From positions 6,464,001 through 6,528,000 of the forward strand of contig OY759599.1 of assembly GCA_963662465.1 (NCBI GenBank): a stretch of 64,000 nucleotides of DNA. The letters are read 5' to 3'. Made by a program: the position numbers and the translations under genes. This document shows positions 44,265 through 54,074 of this stretch, one piece after another (the first letter of the stretch is position 1; every line of letters starts with the position of its first letter). Under the pieces are notes generated by a model. That model was not told the DNA's origin. It did no database searches and saw only the letters and a list, made by a program, of their open reading frames with translations. The DNA comes from Desulfatiglandales bacterium (lineage in GTDB: Bacteria > Desulfobacterota > DSM-4660 > Desulfatiglandales > Desulfatiglandaceae).

Positions 44265-46138
44265 CGAGTACTCCTTCCCGGTTGCTTCCATACGGCCTGC
44301 TTGCCTACGCCAGGCGAGAAAGGCGCCAGCGTTATCACCCGGTACCCTTTTTGATAGAGAAACAGGGCCACTTCCGGTGGCAGGGCAAGGGGCGTCATGA
44401 AGACGGAATGTCCCTGTTCCGTAAAAAAGATAATGCCGGAGAGGGTCAGCTTGATATTGTTTTTGCGGTTAGGGGCCGTGGAGAAAGTATGGGGCCCCAT
44501 TTTATGTTGCCATCCCAGAAAAGCCAGGGTTTTTGATGCCATGTTCAGGGCATCCGCCTCTTTTGAAAGGGAGAGAACTGAAACGCCCCTCTCTTTTAGC
44601 AGGGCGACAATTTCCGGGTCCAGCCCGCTGAGATCGATCACCCGTTCCTTTCCATGAGATTGCAAATGAAAATCCGCTGTAACGGTCAGTTTGAAATCAT
44701 CATTTTGGCTTTCAAAAGCCGAAATTTTAACTTTTGCGTCATGGGGGTGCCCGGTCAGGGTCAAGAGCATTTCAATCAGGGATACCGGATCCAAGGCTGC
44801 TTCCGGTGCTTTTTGGGGAAGCGGTTTCAGGGTTTCTTCCGCTGAAGGGAATTCGATCAGCACCACATCAAGTTGTTTCAGGAAGGTCTTTATGGTTTGG
44901 GGGACCGCCTGATGTGGGTCGTCAAGAAGGTTAATCACCATAAACCCGGGATATTCGCCTGCCGGGTTTCCGGGTGGAATGACAATCCAGTCCCCGGTAA
45001 TGCTGACCGGGATAGCCCCCGAAAGTTTCAGGGGGTCTCCTTTTTTAAAAATTTTCGGGTATTGAAACGCTCTCAGGATTTCGTTAAAGGCGGATGCCAA
45101 ATCGTCTTTGGGCGAAAGGTGAACAATTCGATAGGTTCCCCAACTGGATTCGATGACCCGGCCCATTCTCGACGGAAGGGAATTATAAAGGTCTACGATC
45201 AGGGTTGTGCCTCCATGGAGTTTGACGATGGGGTAGGCGTCGGCTTTGAGGTTGATGTGTCCGCCCGATTTTATGGGAATAAAGTGTTCGCCTGAATGTA
45301 TCCATTGTTCGCCCATTTGCGGAACAATATCGCACAGGCCCGCGGCAACGGAGGTTATGGTTTGTTGTTTCTGCCCGGAGGAAGATTCTAAATCGGTAGC
45401 GACGACCGGTAAAGTCGCCTGTTTTATGGGCCTTGGTATTTCAGAAACGGGTTTTGGGTTCGGCAGCCGTAGCCTTTTGGAATCGGCCAGGTCCCTCATG
45501 ATAGGGGGCTGCGAAGGCGCTGAGGCAACCGGTTCATGCCATACCGGGGGGTAAAGGGGCAGGTTGACGATTTGCCCGGGAAAGATCCTGTCAGGATTTT
45601 TGATGGATGGATTGCATTCTTTAAATAGGCTCAGATACTCTGTTATAAAAACTTGGACTGTAAGAGGGTATCGTTTGATGGCGACTCGGCAGAGGGTATC
45701 TCCCCTCTGAATTCGGTAGGGTTCGAATTTCAATCCGGGGGAGGACGAAGAAACTTTCTTTGTGGAAACGGTGTTGGTAATTCGCAAGGGAAAGGGTTTT
45801 TCTGTGTGTCCCTGGTTTTCCACTTGCACCTCAGGGGCCGCTTTCACCATGATGATGATCCGTTCCCCCGGCTGTATCAAGTTGAAATCTTTCATGGACT
45901 TGTTGAATTCTCGAAGTATTTCAAGAAGCCTGGGCAGGTTGTTTTCTTTGAGTACCCCTTTTTCTCTCAGAATTTTAGCGATCCAGTCGCCTTCCTGGAC
46001 CACATACTCCTCGGTCTGAAAATCGATGTAGGGCGGGGCTATTTCTTCAGCCGGCGCTGTTAATGGCGCGGCGGCCAGAAAGAAAACCAGGATTCCCAGT
46101 GTCGTCAAGACTTTTTTGAGGGTGACTGTTTTAAACAT
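44261..46138 (-). CDS. Exported protein with two LysM domains
   Basis: Signal peptide, YVVQEGDW...IQPGERI and YRIQRGDTL...NPDRIFPGQIVNLP, Pro-rich linker. Confidence 0.8.
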   Translation of the reverse strand: MFKTVTLKKVLTTLGILVFFLAAAPLTAPAEEIAPPYIDFQTEEYVVQEGDWIAKILREKGVLKENNLPRLLEILREFNKSMKDFNLIQPGERIIIMVKAAPEVQVENQGHTEKPFPLRITNTVSTKKVSSSSPGLKFEPYRIQRGDTLCRVAIKRYPLTVQVFITEYLSLFKECNPSIKNPDRIFPGQIVNLPLYPPVWHEPVASAPSQPPIMRDLADSKRLRLPNPKPVSEIPRPIKQATLPVVATDLESSSGQKQQTITSVAAGLCDIVPQMGEQWIHSGEHFIPIKSGGHINLKADAYPIVKLHGGTTLIVDLYNSLPSRMGRVIESSWGTYRIVHLSPKDDLASAFNEILRAFQYPKIFKKGDPLKLSGAIPVSITGDWIVIPPGNPAGEYPGFMVINLLDDPHQAVPQTIKTFLKQLDVVLIEFPSAEETLKPLPQKAPEAALDPVSLIEMLLTLTGHPHDAKVKISAFESQNDDFKLTVTADFHLQSHGKERVIDLSGLDPEIVALLKERGVSVLSLSKEADALNMASKTLAFLGWQHKMGPHTFSTAPNRKNNIKLTLSGIIFFTEQGHSVFMTPLALPPEVALFLYQKGYRVITLAPFSPGVGKQAVWKQPGRSTR

Positions 46139-46219
46139 TCCGGTACTCCTGGTTTTCTGGGAAAATTAAATCTTGGGGCTGTTACATACTTCCTCAAATT
46201 TTTGAACAGAGCGAAACCT

Positions 46220-46873
46220 TTATAACCCCAGATTTTCATTAATCAGGACCACCTTGATCCGGCCCTTCGGAAAGGACTTCTGCGTAATGGTCCATGAGTT
46301 GCAGATACGGTCAGGGCTTTTGCATTCCTCACACACCGCGGTTTTGGCGCAGGGTGTTTTTTTATTTAGTCGCATGGCGTTTATGGGGGCCACATAGTCT
46401 TTGATGCGGTCCATGGCGGCTTCCAGATCCGCTACGACTTTATTCCTGCCGACCAGTACGACCACGTTTTTGGGGCCGAAGGTAATTCCCGACACGCGAT
46501 TTCCGATCATGTCCAGGTTCACCAGTTCTCCGGTCCGGGTTACGGCATTGGTTCCCGTGATAAACAGATCCACCAGAAGCGATTGCCTTCTCCGCTCCAG
46601 GCTTTCTTCCGGGGATAGGGTTTTATCAAAGGTATCCAGGATGTCGGCGTTGGGATAGGCTTTGAGCATATCATAGAGCTCTGTTGCCACAAACGTCATG
46701 GAGCCCCCCCAGGAAATGGTTTTGGGAGCGAGCTTGGGCAGGATTTTGTCCATCACCATTCGGCCTGCTTCACGGGCGGTTTCCACGATGAAGACCTCGA
46801 AATTGTTTGATTTTAAGGCTTCTTTCAGGTTTTCTAGATGAAGCTGCCAGTAATTTCGAATGGGTTTTTCCAT
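46220..46873 (-). CDS. LUD-domain (lactate utilisation-like) protein
   Basis: WGGSMT, TGTNAVT, NLDMIGNRV, GRNK, PC...C.EC....RIC. Confidence 0.85.
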   Translation of the reverse strand: MEKPIRNYWQLHLENLKEALKSNNFEVFIVETAREAGRMVMDKILPKLAPKTISWGGSMTFVATELYDMLKAYPNADILDTFDKTLSPEESLERRRQSLLVDLFITGTNAVTRTGELVNLDMIGNRVSGITFGPKNVVVLVGRNKVVADLEAAMDRIKDYVAPINAMRLNKKTPCAKTAVCEECKSPDRICNSWTITQKSFPKGRIKVVLINENLGL

Positions 46874-46904
46874 TGACTTTCTCCTTTTCCTTTAAGGTCT
46901 TTCA

Positions 46905-48332
46905 TCAGGGGGTGAAAACCACCCCTTGCTTGTTTCGCATCGCAGTGAATGCCAGGCCCAGGGCCTTGATGCATCGCTCCGGTTCTGCGAATACGGGGTA
47001 ACCCATTGACTCTAAACTGTTTGTTAGGTCGTGCGTCATGGCCATGCTGGGACCGTAAACCCAAGTCGCCAGGGGTTTATGAGCGCTTTCCTTCAGCGCT
47101 TCATACCCTTCGATGTAGGCCTTTGTATTCTTGCCTTCGGCATCCGCCCAAATGACATTAAAAAGGCAGTCCACGTTTTCGTCATTCATAACCGCAGTCA
47201 GTATTTTAGTGTACACGCTGGAAAAATCCTTTACGGATGGGATCATGGGACCGATGTCCACCGGCACGTGACCCAGGCCGGGAAACATTTCCTCCAGCAT
47301 TCGGGATGTATCCCTTGAGAGCCGGGCGCGAACCAGGCCGTGTTTAGCCCCTTCATCCAGTGCCGCGACCCCCACCGCCCCCGTATAACTCACCATGCCG
47401 AAGCGGTTTCCCCGGGGAAGCGGCTGGGATGCAAAAAACCTAGGCATTTCAAAAATTTCGCTGAACTGATCCAGGCGCAGCACCCCGGCCTGGCGGCAAA
47501 CCGCATCAAAGATGTCGTCGTCAATGGCCAGGCTTCCGGTGTGGGAGGCTGATGCCCGGGCCCCTTCCTCCGTGGCGCCCAGTTTCAGGAGCAGAATGGG
47601 TTTTTTTAACGCCACTCGTTTACAAACGTTCAGGAACCGTTTTCCATCCCTGATGCTTTCCACATAGACGCTGATGACCCGGGTGTCGGCGTCGTTTTCC
47701 AGGTATTCCAGGAAGTCGCATTCATCCAGATCACATTTGTTTCCAAAATCGCAGATTTTGCTGATGCCGTAACCCAGATCCCCATAGGGATAGGCCTGTG
47801 GATTGATCATTCCGGTTTGCGAGCAGATGGACACCGTCCCCTTTTTTAATGGGTAGTACCCTGCATCATAGGGGCAGGGATTGAAACCGTTTATGGCATT
47901 GGTAATGCCGGCGGTGTTGGGCCCGACGATTCGAACGCCCAATGTTTTGGCAAGACGCACCACTTCCTCCTGAAGCCGGGCTCCCTCCGCATCCCGTTCC
48001 GCAAAACCGTCCGCCACCAGGATGATGGACTTGATGCCGGTTTCCGCGCAACTTCTGATGACGCCCGGAACATGACGGGCGTTGATCATCAGCATGGCCA
48101 AATCGGCTTTTCGGGGAATTTCCCGAAGGGATAGATAGACCGTAAGGCCCAGAACTTCCTTATAGGCGCCGGGATTGACGGGATAGATGTTCCCCTTGTA
48201 GCCGGCTTTCAACAGGCTTTTGACGACCACATATCCGCCGAAGACCCCTTCCCTGAAAGAACCGACAACGGCCACGCCTTCGGGTTCAAAAAAGGGGGAG
48301 AGATCGTGTTTTTGGGCTTGGTCTTGAAGCAC
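46905..48332 (-). CDS. Acyl-CoA synthetase (ADP-forming) alpha subunit / CoA-binding protein
   Basis: FFEP..VAVVG, YPVNP, GFAE, VGPN, GNKCDL, ASHTGSLA (phospho-His). Confidence 0.88.
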   Translation of the reverse strand: MLQDQAQKHDLSPFFEPEGVAVVGSFREGVFGGYVVVKSLLKAGYKGNIYPVNPGAYKEVLGLTVYLSLREIPRKADLAMLMINARHVPGVIRSCAETGIKSIILVADGFAERDAEGARLQEEVVRLAKTLGVRIVGPNTAGITNAINGFNPCPYDAGYYPLKKGTVSICSQTGMINPQAYPYGDLGYGISKICDFGNKCDLDECDFLEYLENDADTRVISVYVESIRDGKRFLNVCKRVALKKPILLLKLGATEEGARASASHTGSLAIDDDIFDAVCRQAGVLRLDQFSEIFEMPRFFASQPLPRGNRFGMVSYTGAVGVAALDEGAKHGLVRARLSRDTSRMLEEMFPGLGHVPVDIGPMIPSVKDFSSVYTKILTAVMNDENVDCLFNVIWADAEGKNTKAYIEGYEALKESAHKPLATWVYGPSMAMTHDLTNSLESMGYPVFAEPERCIKALGLAFTAMRNKQGVVFTP

Positions 48333-48415
48333 TTTGGTCTTTTCCTCCTCGTCCAGGCATAGGCAGTAGACCCATGCGTCATTCCGGGCAATGAATATGT
48401 TTAATTTCTTATCTC

Positions 48416-48637
48416 TTATTTCATTAATATCCTGGCGCCGGCGAACCCGATGAAAACGGATGATCCGGCCACAAGCTGGTTTTTATCGTAAAACTCAATT
48501 CCAATCAAAACCGCCAGTAAAATGAATAAAAGTCCTATGATTTTGGGCCTTCTAATTTTTTTCAAGATAAAGTCGGAGAGAAACAAGCTGACCCAGAACA
48601 GAACAAAGGCCAGGCCGACCACAATCATCAATTCCAT
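48416..48637 (-). CDS. Small membrane protein (about 3 TM helices)
   Basis: 73-aa hydrophobic ORF, AT-rich, with a weak SD. Confidence 0.55.
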   Translation of the reverse strand: MELMIVVGLAFVLFWVSLFLSDFILKKIRRPKIIGLLFILLAVLIGIEFYDKNQLVAGSSVFIGFAGARILMK

Positions 48638-48855
48638 ACTTCAATCCTTTTCATTCGTTTTTTTTATCAATGCCAAAAATTTTTAAGCAACATAATATCA
48701 GATTGCCGTAAAAAAAACAGCCTTTTCATCCGACCTAGAAAAGGGCTCGCCCTTGCGTTTTGGGAATATGCCGTGATATAAATAAATCGTCCGGCATTGA
48801 ATGGTTCGATGCGGGTAAAGAGTTCCATCAGACCTGATTCTCATTGGAGTTTTAC

Positions 48856-50928
48856 ATGGCCCGGCCGTTTCATTCCATCTATTCTCATGGGTTTATCCGT
48901 TCGGCGGTTTGCGTGCCGGCCCTGCGCGTTGCCGATCCGGTCTACAATCTGAAACATACCTTATCGCTTGCCTACCGCGCTTCCGATCATCATGCCGCAA
49001 TGGCGCTCTTTCCGGAACTGGGGATTTCCGCCTTTTCCAACGAGGATCTGTTTCATCAGGATGCGTTGCTGGAAGCGGTTCGAGAGGCCGTGAGCGAGCT
49101 CATCGATGAAAGCAAAAACCTGTTTCCCGTCTTGCTGGTGGGCGCTCCCCTTCGCTTCCGGGGAAAGCTGTTCAACTGCGCCCTGGTCATCTACCGGGGA
49201 CAGGTGTTGGGGATCGTGCCGAAAACATACCTTCCCAACTACCGGGAATATTATGAAAAACGTCAGTTTGTTTCCGCTCGCCATGCGCTGGAACCGGAGG
49301 TCCGTTTTCAGGGGCAATCCGTGCCATTCGGCAACGATCTGATTTTTGAGGCGGAAAATTTACAAGGATTCGCTCTGCATGTGGAAATTTGCGAGGATAT
49401 GTGGGTGCCCATTCCGCCCAGCACCTACGGGGCCCTTGCCGGCGCAACGGTGCTGGCAAACCTGTCCGCCAGCAACATTACGGTGGGCAAAACCGACTAC
49501 CGGCGTCTTGTTTGTGCTTCCCAATCCGCCAAATGCATTGCCGCCTACCTCTATTCCGCTGCCGGCTATGGGGAATCTACAACGGACATGGCCTGGGACG
49601 GCTACGCCATGATTTACGAGAACAATGTCCTGCTGGCTGAAACAGAGCGCTTTCAGACGGAAGAACAGATTATTTTGGGGGATATTGATCTGGAGCGTTT
49701 GTTGCAAGATAGGATGCGTACTACGAGTTTTCAAGACACGGCATTCGATCATCGCGCACGGGTATCTAAAATGCGGCGGATTCCCTTTGCGTTTAAGCTT
49801 CCCGAAGGGAGTGTTTCGCTCATGAGAAACGTCTCTAGATTTCCCTATGTGCCGGGCGAATCCTCCGTGCGCGATGATCGCTGTTATGAGGTCTACAATA
49901 TTCAGGTCCAGGGTTTGATGAAGCGCATGTCGGCCGCTGGCGTCAAGAAGCTTGTCATCGGTGTTTCCGGGGGCCTTGACTCCACACAGGCGTTGATTGT
50001 GGCTGCCAAAACCATGGATCGCCTGGGTATTCCGCGCACCCACATTCTCGGTTACACCATGCCCGGGTTTGCCACCAGCGACGCCACACGGAACAATGCC
50101 CATGGGCTGATGAAGGCTTTCGGGATTTCGGCCAGGGAAATCGACATTCGACCGGCCTGTCTGCAAGTGTTTAAGGATATTGAGCATCCCTTTGCCGGAG
50201 GGGAGAAGCTCTACGACGTCACCTTTGAAAATGTGCAGGCGGGTCAACGCACGGCGCATCTTTTTAGATTGGCCAATTTTCATGAGGCCATTGTGCTGGG
50301 TACCGGTGATTTGAGCGAGCTGGCCCTGGGGTGGAGTACCTATGGTGTGGGAGACCAGATGTCCCATTACAACGTTAATGGCTCTGTTCCCAAAACGCTG
50401 ATTCATCATCTCATTCGCTGGGTGGTGAAAACCGGCCAGTTCAGCGGAGAAACCGATGATGTTCTTACGGCTATCGCCGGCACGGAAATTTCTCCGGAAC
50501 TGATACCCAACGAAAATGGCGATCAGGCGGAACCTTCACAGAAAACAGAATCCGTCATCGGTCCCTATGCGCTTCAGGATTTCAACCTTTATTATATCAC
50601 CCGGTTCGGATTTCGTCCCAGCAAGGTGGCGTTTCTGAGTTACTGTGCCTGGGGAGACAGAAACTGCGGGATCTGGCCGGGAATCCTGCCGTCGGCTCAG
50701 CGGAATCAATATGACTTGCCCACCATCAAGGGATGGCTTGAGGTATTTCTCTATCGTTTTTTCAAAACCAGTCAGTTCAAAAGATCCGCGCTTCCCAATG
50801 GTCCCAAGGTGGGCTCGGGAGGGTCCCTTTCTCCCCGTGGAGACTGGCGGGCGCCCAGCGATTCGGAAGCGACCGTATGGCTTGACGAGTTGCATGAAAA
50901 TGTTCCCGATTCTCTTAGTGACGAGTGA
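48856..50928 (+). CDS. nadE: Glutamine-dependent NAD+ synthetase
   Basis: Nitrilase domain ([21 protein letters not shown]), SGGLDST, ENVQA, GTGDLSE, SPEL, SQFKRS. Confidence 0.96.
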   Translation: MARPFHSIYSHGFIRSAVCVPALRVADPVYNLKHTLSLAYRASDHHAAMALFPELGISAFSNEDLFHQDALLEAVREAVSELIDESKNLFPVLLVGAPLRFRGKLFNCALVIYRGQVLGIVPKTYLPNYREYYEKRQFVSARHALEPEVRFQGQSVPFGNDLIFEAENLQGFALHVEICEDMWVPIPPSTYGALAGATVLANLSASNITVGKTDYRRLVCASQSAKCIAAYLYSAAGYGESTTDMAWDGYAMIYENNVLLAETERFQTEEQIILGDIDLERLLQDRMRTTSFQDTAFDHRARVSKMRRIPFAFKLPEGSVSLMRNVSRFPYVPGESSVRDDRCYEVYNIQVQGLMKRMSAAGVKKLVIGVSGGLDSTQALIVAAKTMDRLGIPRTHILGYTMPGFATSDATRNNAHGLMKAFGISAREIDIRPACLQVFKDIEHPFAGGEKLYDVTFENVQAGQRTAHLFRLANFHEAIVLGTGDLSELALGWSTYGVGDQMSHYNVNGSVPKTLIHHLIRWVVKTGQFSGETDDVLTAIAGTEISPELIPNENGDQAEPSQKTESVIGPYALQDFNLYYITRFGFRPSKVAFLSYCAWGDRNCGIWPGILPSAQRNQYDLPTIKGWLEVFLYRFFKTSQFKRSALPNGPKVGSGGSLSPRGDWRAPSDSEATVWLDELHENVPDSLSDE

Positions 50929-50955
50929 CAAGTATACTACTCATCACTCGTCACT
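50917..50955. repeat. Inverted heptamer hairpin, (AGTGACR) and (CRTCACT), containing the nadE stop
   Basis: agtgacg agtgaca agt-atact-actcatcactcgtcact. Confidence 0.8.
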
Positions 50956-50987
50956 TCAAGAGGGAGTTGAACCGTGAAACATGAAAA

Positions 50988-51779
50988 ATGGAGGGGATGA
51001 AACAAATGACCAGCGACCTTTCAAAAACGCCTCCCATTGTACGCCTGTCGTACCGAAAAGGAGACCTCATCATCAAGGAAGGGGACTACGGTGTTTCTAT
51101 TTATAAAATCATGGACGGCAAAGTAGGGGTTTACAAGGAAGCCGAAGGCAGAGAGATTTTGCTGTCCACCCTTGGACCGGGAGACCTCTTTGGTGAACGG
51201 ACATTTCTTGGCAGGGCCGCGGAAATCCGTTCGGCATCGGTTCGGGCCCTTGAACATACGAGCGTGGAGGTGTGGCATACGGCAAGACTATCCAGTGAAT
51301 ATAAGGAAATGCCGCCCATTATCAAATATATCATCGATCAGGTCTTGGTCAGGTCCACTCGAATGAACAAGCTTATCGTTCAGTTGGTTACGAAGGAGCA
51401 GAAGGAAAAGGCCGCTGGAAAACGATCGGATCCATTGGCTTCGGAACGAAAGTTTTACCGGAAAAATGTGGATATTCCCTGCCGCTATCGACCGTTGGGG
51501 GCATCCAACAAATTCAGTCTTGGCGGAAGGATTAAAGACATCAGTCTCGATGGGCTGGCCATGGTGGTCATGCTCGGGGATACGGCGGGCATTTCCCATG
51601 CAAAGGGGGAAATTTTTGTGGTAAACGTTGTTTTGCCCAACCGGCGGAACCTGGAACTGGAAGCGGAAGTGGTGGCTGTTCAACGAAGTGAAATGCCCGA
51701 AGGACTCGTGTTGAGCATGTCCATCACGGAAATTTCGGCCGGTTCGAGAAAATCGCTGGGGTTTTTTTTAATGCCGTAG
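50988..51779 (+). CDS. cNMP-binding domain and PilZ domain protein
   Basis: IIKEGD, FGE...RSAS; RKFYR (RxxxR) and DISLDG (DxSxxG). Confidence 0.85.
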   Translation: MEGMKQMTSDLSKTPPIVRLSYRKGDLIIKEGDYGVSIYKIMDGKVGVYKEAEGREILLSTLGPGDLFGERTFLGRAAEIRSASVRALEHTSVEVWHTARLSSEYKEMPPIIKYIIDQVLVRSTRMNKLIVQLVTKEQKEKAAGKRSDPLASERKFYRKNVDIPCRYRPLGASNKFSLGGRIKDISLDGLAMVVMLGDTAGISHAKGEIFVVNVVLPNRRNLELEAEVVAVQRSEMPEGLVLSMSITEISAGSRKSLGFFLMP

Positions 51780-51797
51780 GGTGTGGGGGAAAAGAAA

Positions 51798-52220
51798 ATG
51801 GATATAGAACCGATGGTGAGCCCTTATCTGGTCGGTGATGAACTGTATGAATCCGGCGATGTGATTATCGAGGAAGGGAGCAAGGGGGAATGGGTGTACA
51901 TTATTCTCGAAGGGCAGGTCAAAGTTACCAAAAGGACCTCCGTGGGAATGCTTACCATCGATGTCCTGAAAAAAGGGGCCGTCTTTGGTGAAATGGCGCT
52001 TTTTGGAAAAGCGCCGGGGGAACGGAGCGCCTCGGTGATTGCAGCGGATGGCAATGCTCGGGTTGGCGTGTTGGACGCGGGTCAATTGTTTGAGGACTAT
52101 GAATTCCTCTCCCTGGAGTTAAGGTTATTGATCAAGGCTCTGATTATGGGGCTTAAGGAGTCAAATGAGAGGGCAGCTGCGCTGGTTGTGGCCGCCAATG
52201 AAAAGGGGCGTAACGCATGA
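51798..52220 (+). CDS. Stand-alone cNMP-binding domain protein
   Basis: IIEEG, FGEMALF...RSAS; no HTH; alternative start GTG 51783. Confidence 0.85.
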   Translation: MDIEPMVSPYLVGDELYESGDVIIEEGSKGEWVYIILEGQVKVTKRTSVGMLTIDVLKKGAVFGEMALFGKAPGERSASVIAADGNARVGVLDAGQLFEDYEFLSLELRLLIKALIMGLKESNERAAALVVAANEKGRNA

Positions 52221-52260
52221 CGGTTTTACGGCTGAACATGCGGACCACCAGGGAGGAATG

Positions 52261-52641
52261 ATGGCAGGCGTTTTTGAAATATATGTGCAGACCCACTTTT
52301 CCGCAGCGCATGCCTTAAAGGGATACCAGGGAGATTGCGCCCGCATGCACGGGCATAACTGGATCATCGATGTTTTCGTCCGTTGCGGGGAATTGGATGA
52401 TATTGGTATCGGCATTGATTTCAGGGACATCAAAAAAGGCGTAAAGGGTGTCCTCAAAAATCTGGACCATTTCAATCTGAATGAACTGCCGCCATTTCAA
52501 AACGTTAATCCCACTTCTGAGAATATTGCCAGGTTTTTATACCGGGAGTTGAGCCGAAAGCTGAACTCCGAAAATATCACCGTGAGCCGGATCAAGGTTT
52601 CGGAAACCCCCGGCGCCGGCGCCTTCTACTGGGAGGAATAA
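52261..52641 (+). CDS. queD: 6-carboxy-tetrahydropterin synthase
   Basis: FSAAH, C..MHGHNW, IDF, LDH..LN, NPTSENIA, SETP; SD GGAGG. Confidence 0.94.
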   Translation: MAGVFEIYVQTHFSAAHALKGYQGDCARMHGHNWIIDVFVRCGELDDIGIGIDFRDIKKGVKGVLKNLDHFNLNELPPFQNVNPTSENIARFLYRELSRKLNSENITVSRIKVSETPGAGAFYWEE

Positions 52642-52643
52642 TC

Positions 52644-53291
52644 GTGACCCTTCGCGTCAATGAAATTTTCTACAGTATCCAGGGGGAGTCGTCCTATGCC
52701 GGACGTCCCTGTGTGTTTGTCCGGTTGACCGGATGCAATCTGCGGTGTTCCTACTGCGATACGCGGTATGCTTACGAAGAAGGGGGGATGATGGATCTCA
52801 ACCATATTTTCCAGCAGATTTCCCCCATGCAGTGCCGCCTGGTGGAGATTACCGGCGGAGAACCGCTCATTCAGGAAAAAACCCCTGTTTTGATTGAAGG
52901 CCTGCTTGAAGACGGGTATGAGGTCTTGCTGGAAACCAACGGAACCCATGACATCAGTCGGGTAGATGATCGTTGTGTAAAAATTGTGGACTTCAAATGT
53001 CCTTCCAGCGGCATGAGCGATCATACGGATATGGAAAACCTGAATCGGCTTTCGGTTCGAGATGAAATCAAATTTGTTATCGGAACCCGGGAAGATTATG
53101 AATATGCCAGGGAAATGGTGGGGTATATGGCATCCCGATCGCTAACGGCCAACTCAATTAATTTTTCCCCAGTATTCGGTCAACTGGCGCCGGAAATCCT
53201 GGCGGACTGGATCCTGGCGGATCACCTGGCGTGCCGGTTGCATCTTCAGCTCCATAAATATATCTGGGGTCCGGATGTCAGAGGGGTGTAA
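52644..53291 (+). CDS. queE: 7-carboxy-7-deazaguanine synthase
   Basis: [38 protein letters not shown]. Confidence 0.95.
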   Translation: MTLRVNEIFYSIQGESSYAGRPCVFVRLTGCNLRCSYCDTRYAYEEGGMMDLNHIFQQISPMQCRLVEITGGEPLIQEKTPVLIEGLLEDGYEVLLETNGTHDISRVDDRCVKIVDFKCPSSGMSDHTDMENLNRLSVRDEIKFVIGTREDYEYAREMVGYMASRSLTANSINFSPVFGQLAPEILADWILADHLACRLHLQLHKYIWGPDVRGV

Positions 53292-53302
53292 GGGGGGGGG
53301 GG
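53292..53302 (+). repeat. G11 homopolymer filling the queE-queC spacer
   Basis: TAA-GGGGGGGGGGG-ATGATG. Confidence 0.9.
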
Positions 53303-53989
53303 ATGATGGCACTCAAAAAGAAGGCGGTCGTACTTTTAAGTGGAGGGCTCGATTCAACCACCGTGGCGGCCATGGCCCGTTTTGATGGCTATGATATTTT
53401 TGGTCTCAGCTTTCGTTATGGACAGCGCCACGTTGTGGAGCTGGAAGCGGCGAAACGGGTGGCTCATAGCTTGGGGGTGAGGGAGCATCTGGTGATCGAT
53501 ATCGATCTTGGGAAAATCGGGGGGTCCGCGCTCACTGACCATATTGCGGTGCCCAAGGGCCGTAACCGGGATTTGATGGAAAATGAGATTCCGGTGACCT
53601 ATGTCCCCGCGCGAAACACCATCTTTCTCTCATACGCCCTGGGCTGGGCGGAAGTGCTGGGGGCCTGGGATATCTTCATCGGGGTCAATGCCGTGGATTA
53701 CAGCGGCTATCCCGATTGCCGTCCGGAATTCATCGACGCTTTTGAGCGGATGGCGAACCTGGCCACAAAAGCGGGTGTGACGGGGCAAACACGCCTTCGA
53801 ATCAGGACGCCCATCATTAAAATGAGTAAGGCGGAGATCATCAAAACAGGGATCAAGCTGGGGGTTGATTATCGCTTGACCCACAGTTGTTATGATCCGA
53901 CGCCCGACGGGAAAGCCTGTGGCTTTTGCGACAGCTGTCTATTGAGGAAACGGGGGTTTGAGGAGGCTGGAATCGATTGGGTGTCATGA
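53303..53989 (+). CDS. queC: 7-cyano-7-deazaguanine synthase
   Basis: SGGLDS, YGQRH, TYVPARN, YPDCR, SCY, CGxCDSC; the start may be 53306. Confidence 0.96.
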   Translation: MMALKKKAVVLLSGGLDSTTVAAMARFDGYDIFGLSFRYGQRHVVELEAAKRVAHSLGVREHLVIDIDLGKIGGSALTDHIAVPKGRNRDLMENEIPVTYVPARNTIFLSYALGWAEVLGAWDIFIGVNAVDYSGYPDCRPEFIDAFERMANLATKAGVTGQTRLRIRTPIIKMSKAEIIKTGIKLGVDYRLTHSCYDPTPDGKACGFCDSCLLRKRGFEEAGIDWVS

Positions 53990-54074
53990 GGATCATAAGG
54001 TGGAGAATTTCTGATTCCCCGTCAAGCGTTACTGGGTTTGAGATAAACGAGAATCGAGAGGTGGAGGCATCATA

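Noticed and set aside
48640..48855. Riboswitch upstream of nadE (also checked upstream of carB, queD and gspF)
   Set aside because: I could not recognise any preQ1, ZTP, c-di-GMP or fluoride consensus by eye; an Rfam scan is needed to exclude one formally.
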